Source: the human T2T-CHM13v2.0 reference genome, Homo sapiens | Assembly (NCBI RefSeq): GCF_009914755.1 | Contig: NC_060927.1 | Direction: 5' to 3' (one strand) | DNA length: 64,000 nt | Part shown: positions 63,801 through 64,000 of the stretch, piece after piece | Layout: the number at the start of each line of letters is the position of its first letter | Numbering within the stretch: position 1 is the first letter of the stretch | The notes under the pieces: generated by a model | Told to the model about the DNA's origin: nothing | Databases searched by the model: none | The model's input: the letters and a program-made list of their open reading frames with translations, nothing else | Translations under genes and position numbers: made by a program

Positions 63801-64000
63801 GACTCAGTCAAATATTCTATCAAAATAAGAAATTTTCTTATTATTCCTATCTTACCGGTGCATAACAGAGGTTCAGCAAAGTAAATTAAGAATAAAAGTT
63901 GCTACAGCAGCAAGTGGAATCAGGTGGGTAGACATTTCCTGACCTGTTAAGTTTTGAGTTTAATTTTCAACACAGAGGGGAAACAGAAAAAGTCTGGAAC

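Overview
Human-type (primate, Alu/L1-rich) genomic DNA. It contains the complete 7-exon coding sequence of CPOX (oxygen-dependent coproporphyrinogen-III oxidase, haem biosynthesis) on the minus strand: ATG at 51190, TGA ending at 38359, spliced CDS 1365 nt = 454 aa. All six introns are GT-AG, there is a CpG-island promoter at ~50600-51620, and poly(A) signals lie at ~37140 and ~37270. The remaining ~37 kb downstream and ~12 kb upstream are non-coding and dominated by Alus, L1 fragments, MaLR/ERV LTRs and DNA-transposon relics; most other ORFs in the track are repeat-derived or chance ORFs. I found no new protein-coding system. The most notable observations are: (i) this haplotype encodes His at CPOX codon 272 (the N272H 'CPOX4' allele); (ii) CPOX exons 3, 5 and 6 begin with GT, so splicing regenerates 5' splice sites, exactly so for exon 2/3; (iii) a compact XRE/AP-1/GATA/STAT6/XRE motif cluster at ~14.0-14.2 kb, a candidate AHR-responsive enhancer; (iv) a ~120-bp near-perfect hairpin at 25473-25592 with template-switch signatures; (v) a tetrameric Alu with a triplicated left arm; (vi) a consensus-like AluYa5; (vii) a 140-bp dispersed duplication in intron 5. 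Repeat subfamily names come from my recollection of consensus sequences and were not run through RepeatMasker.
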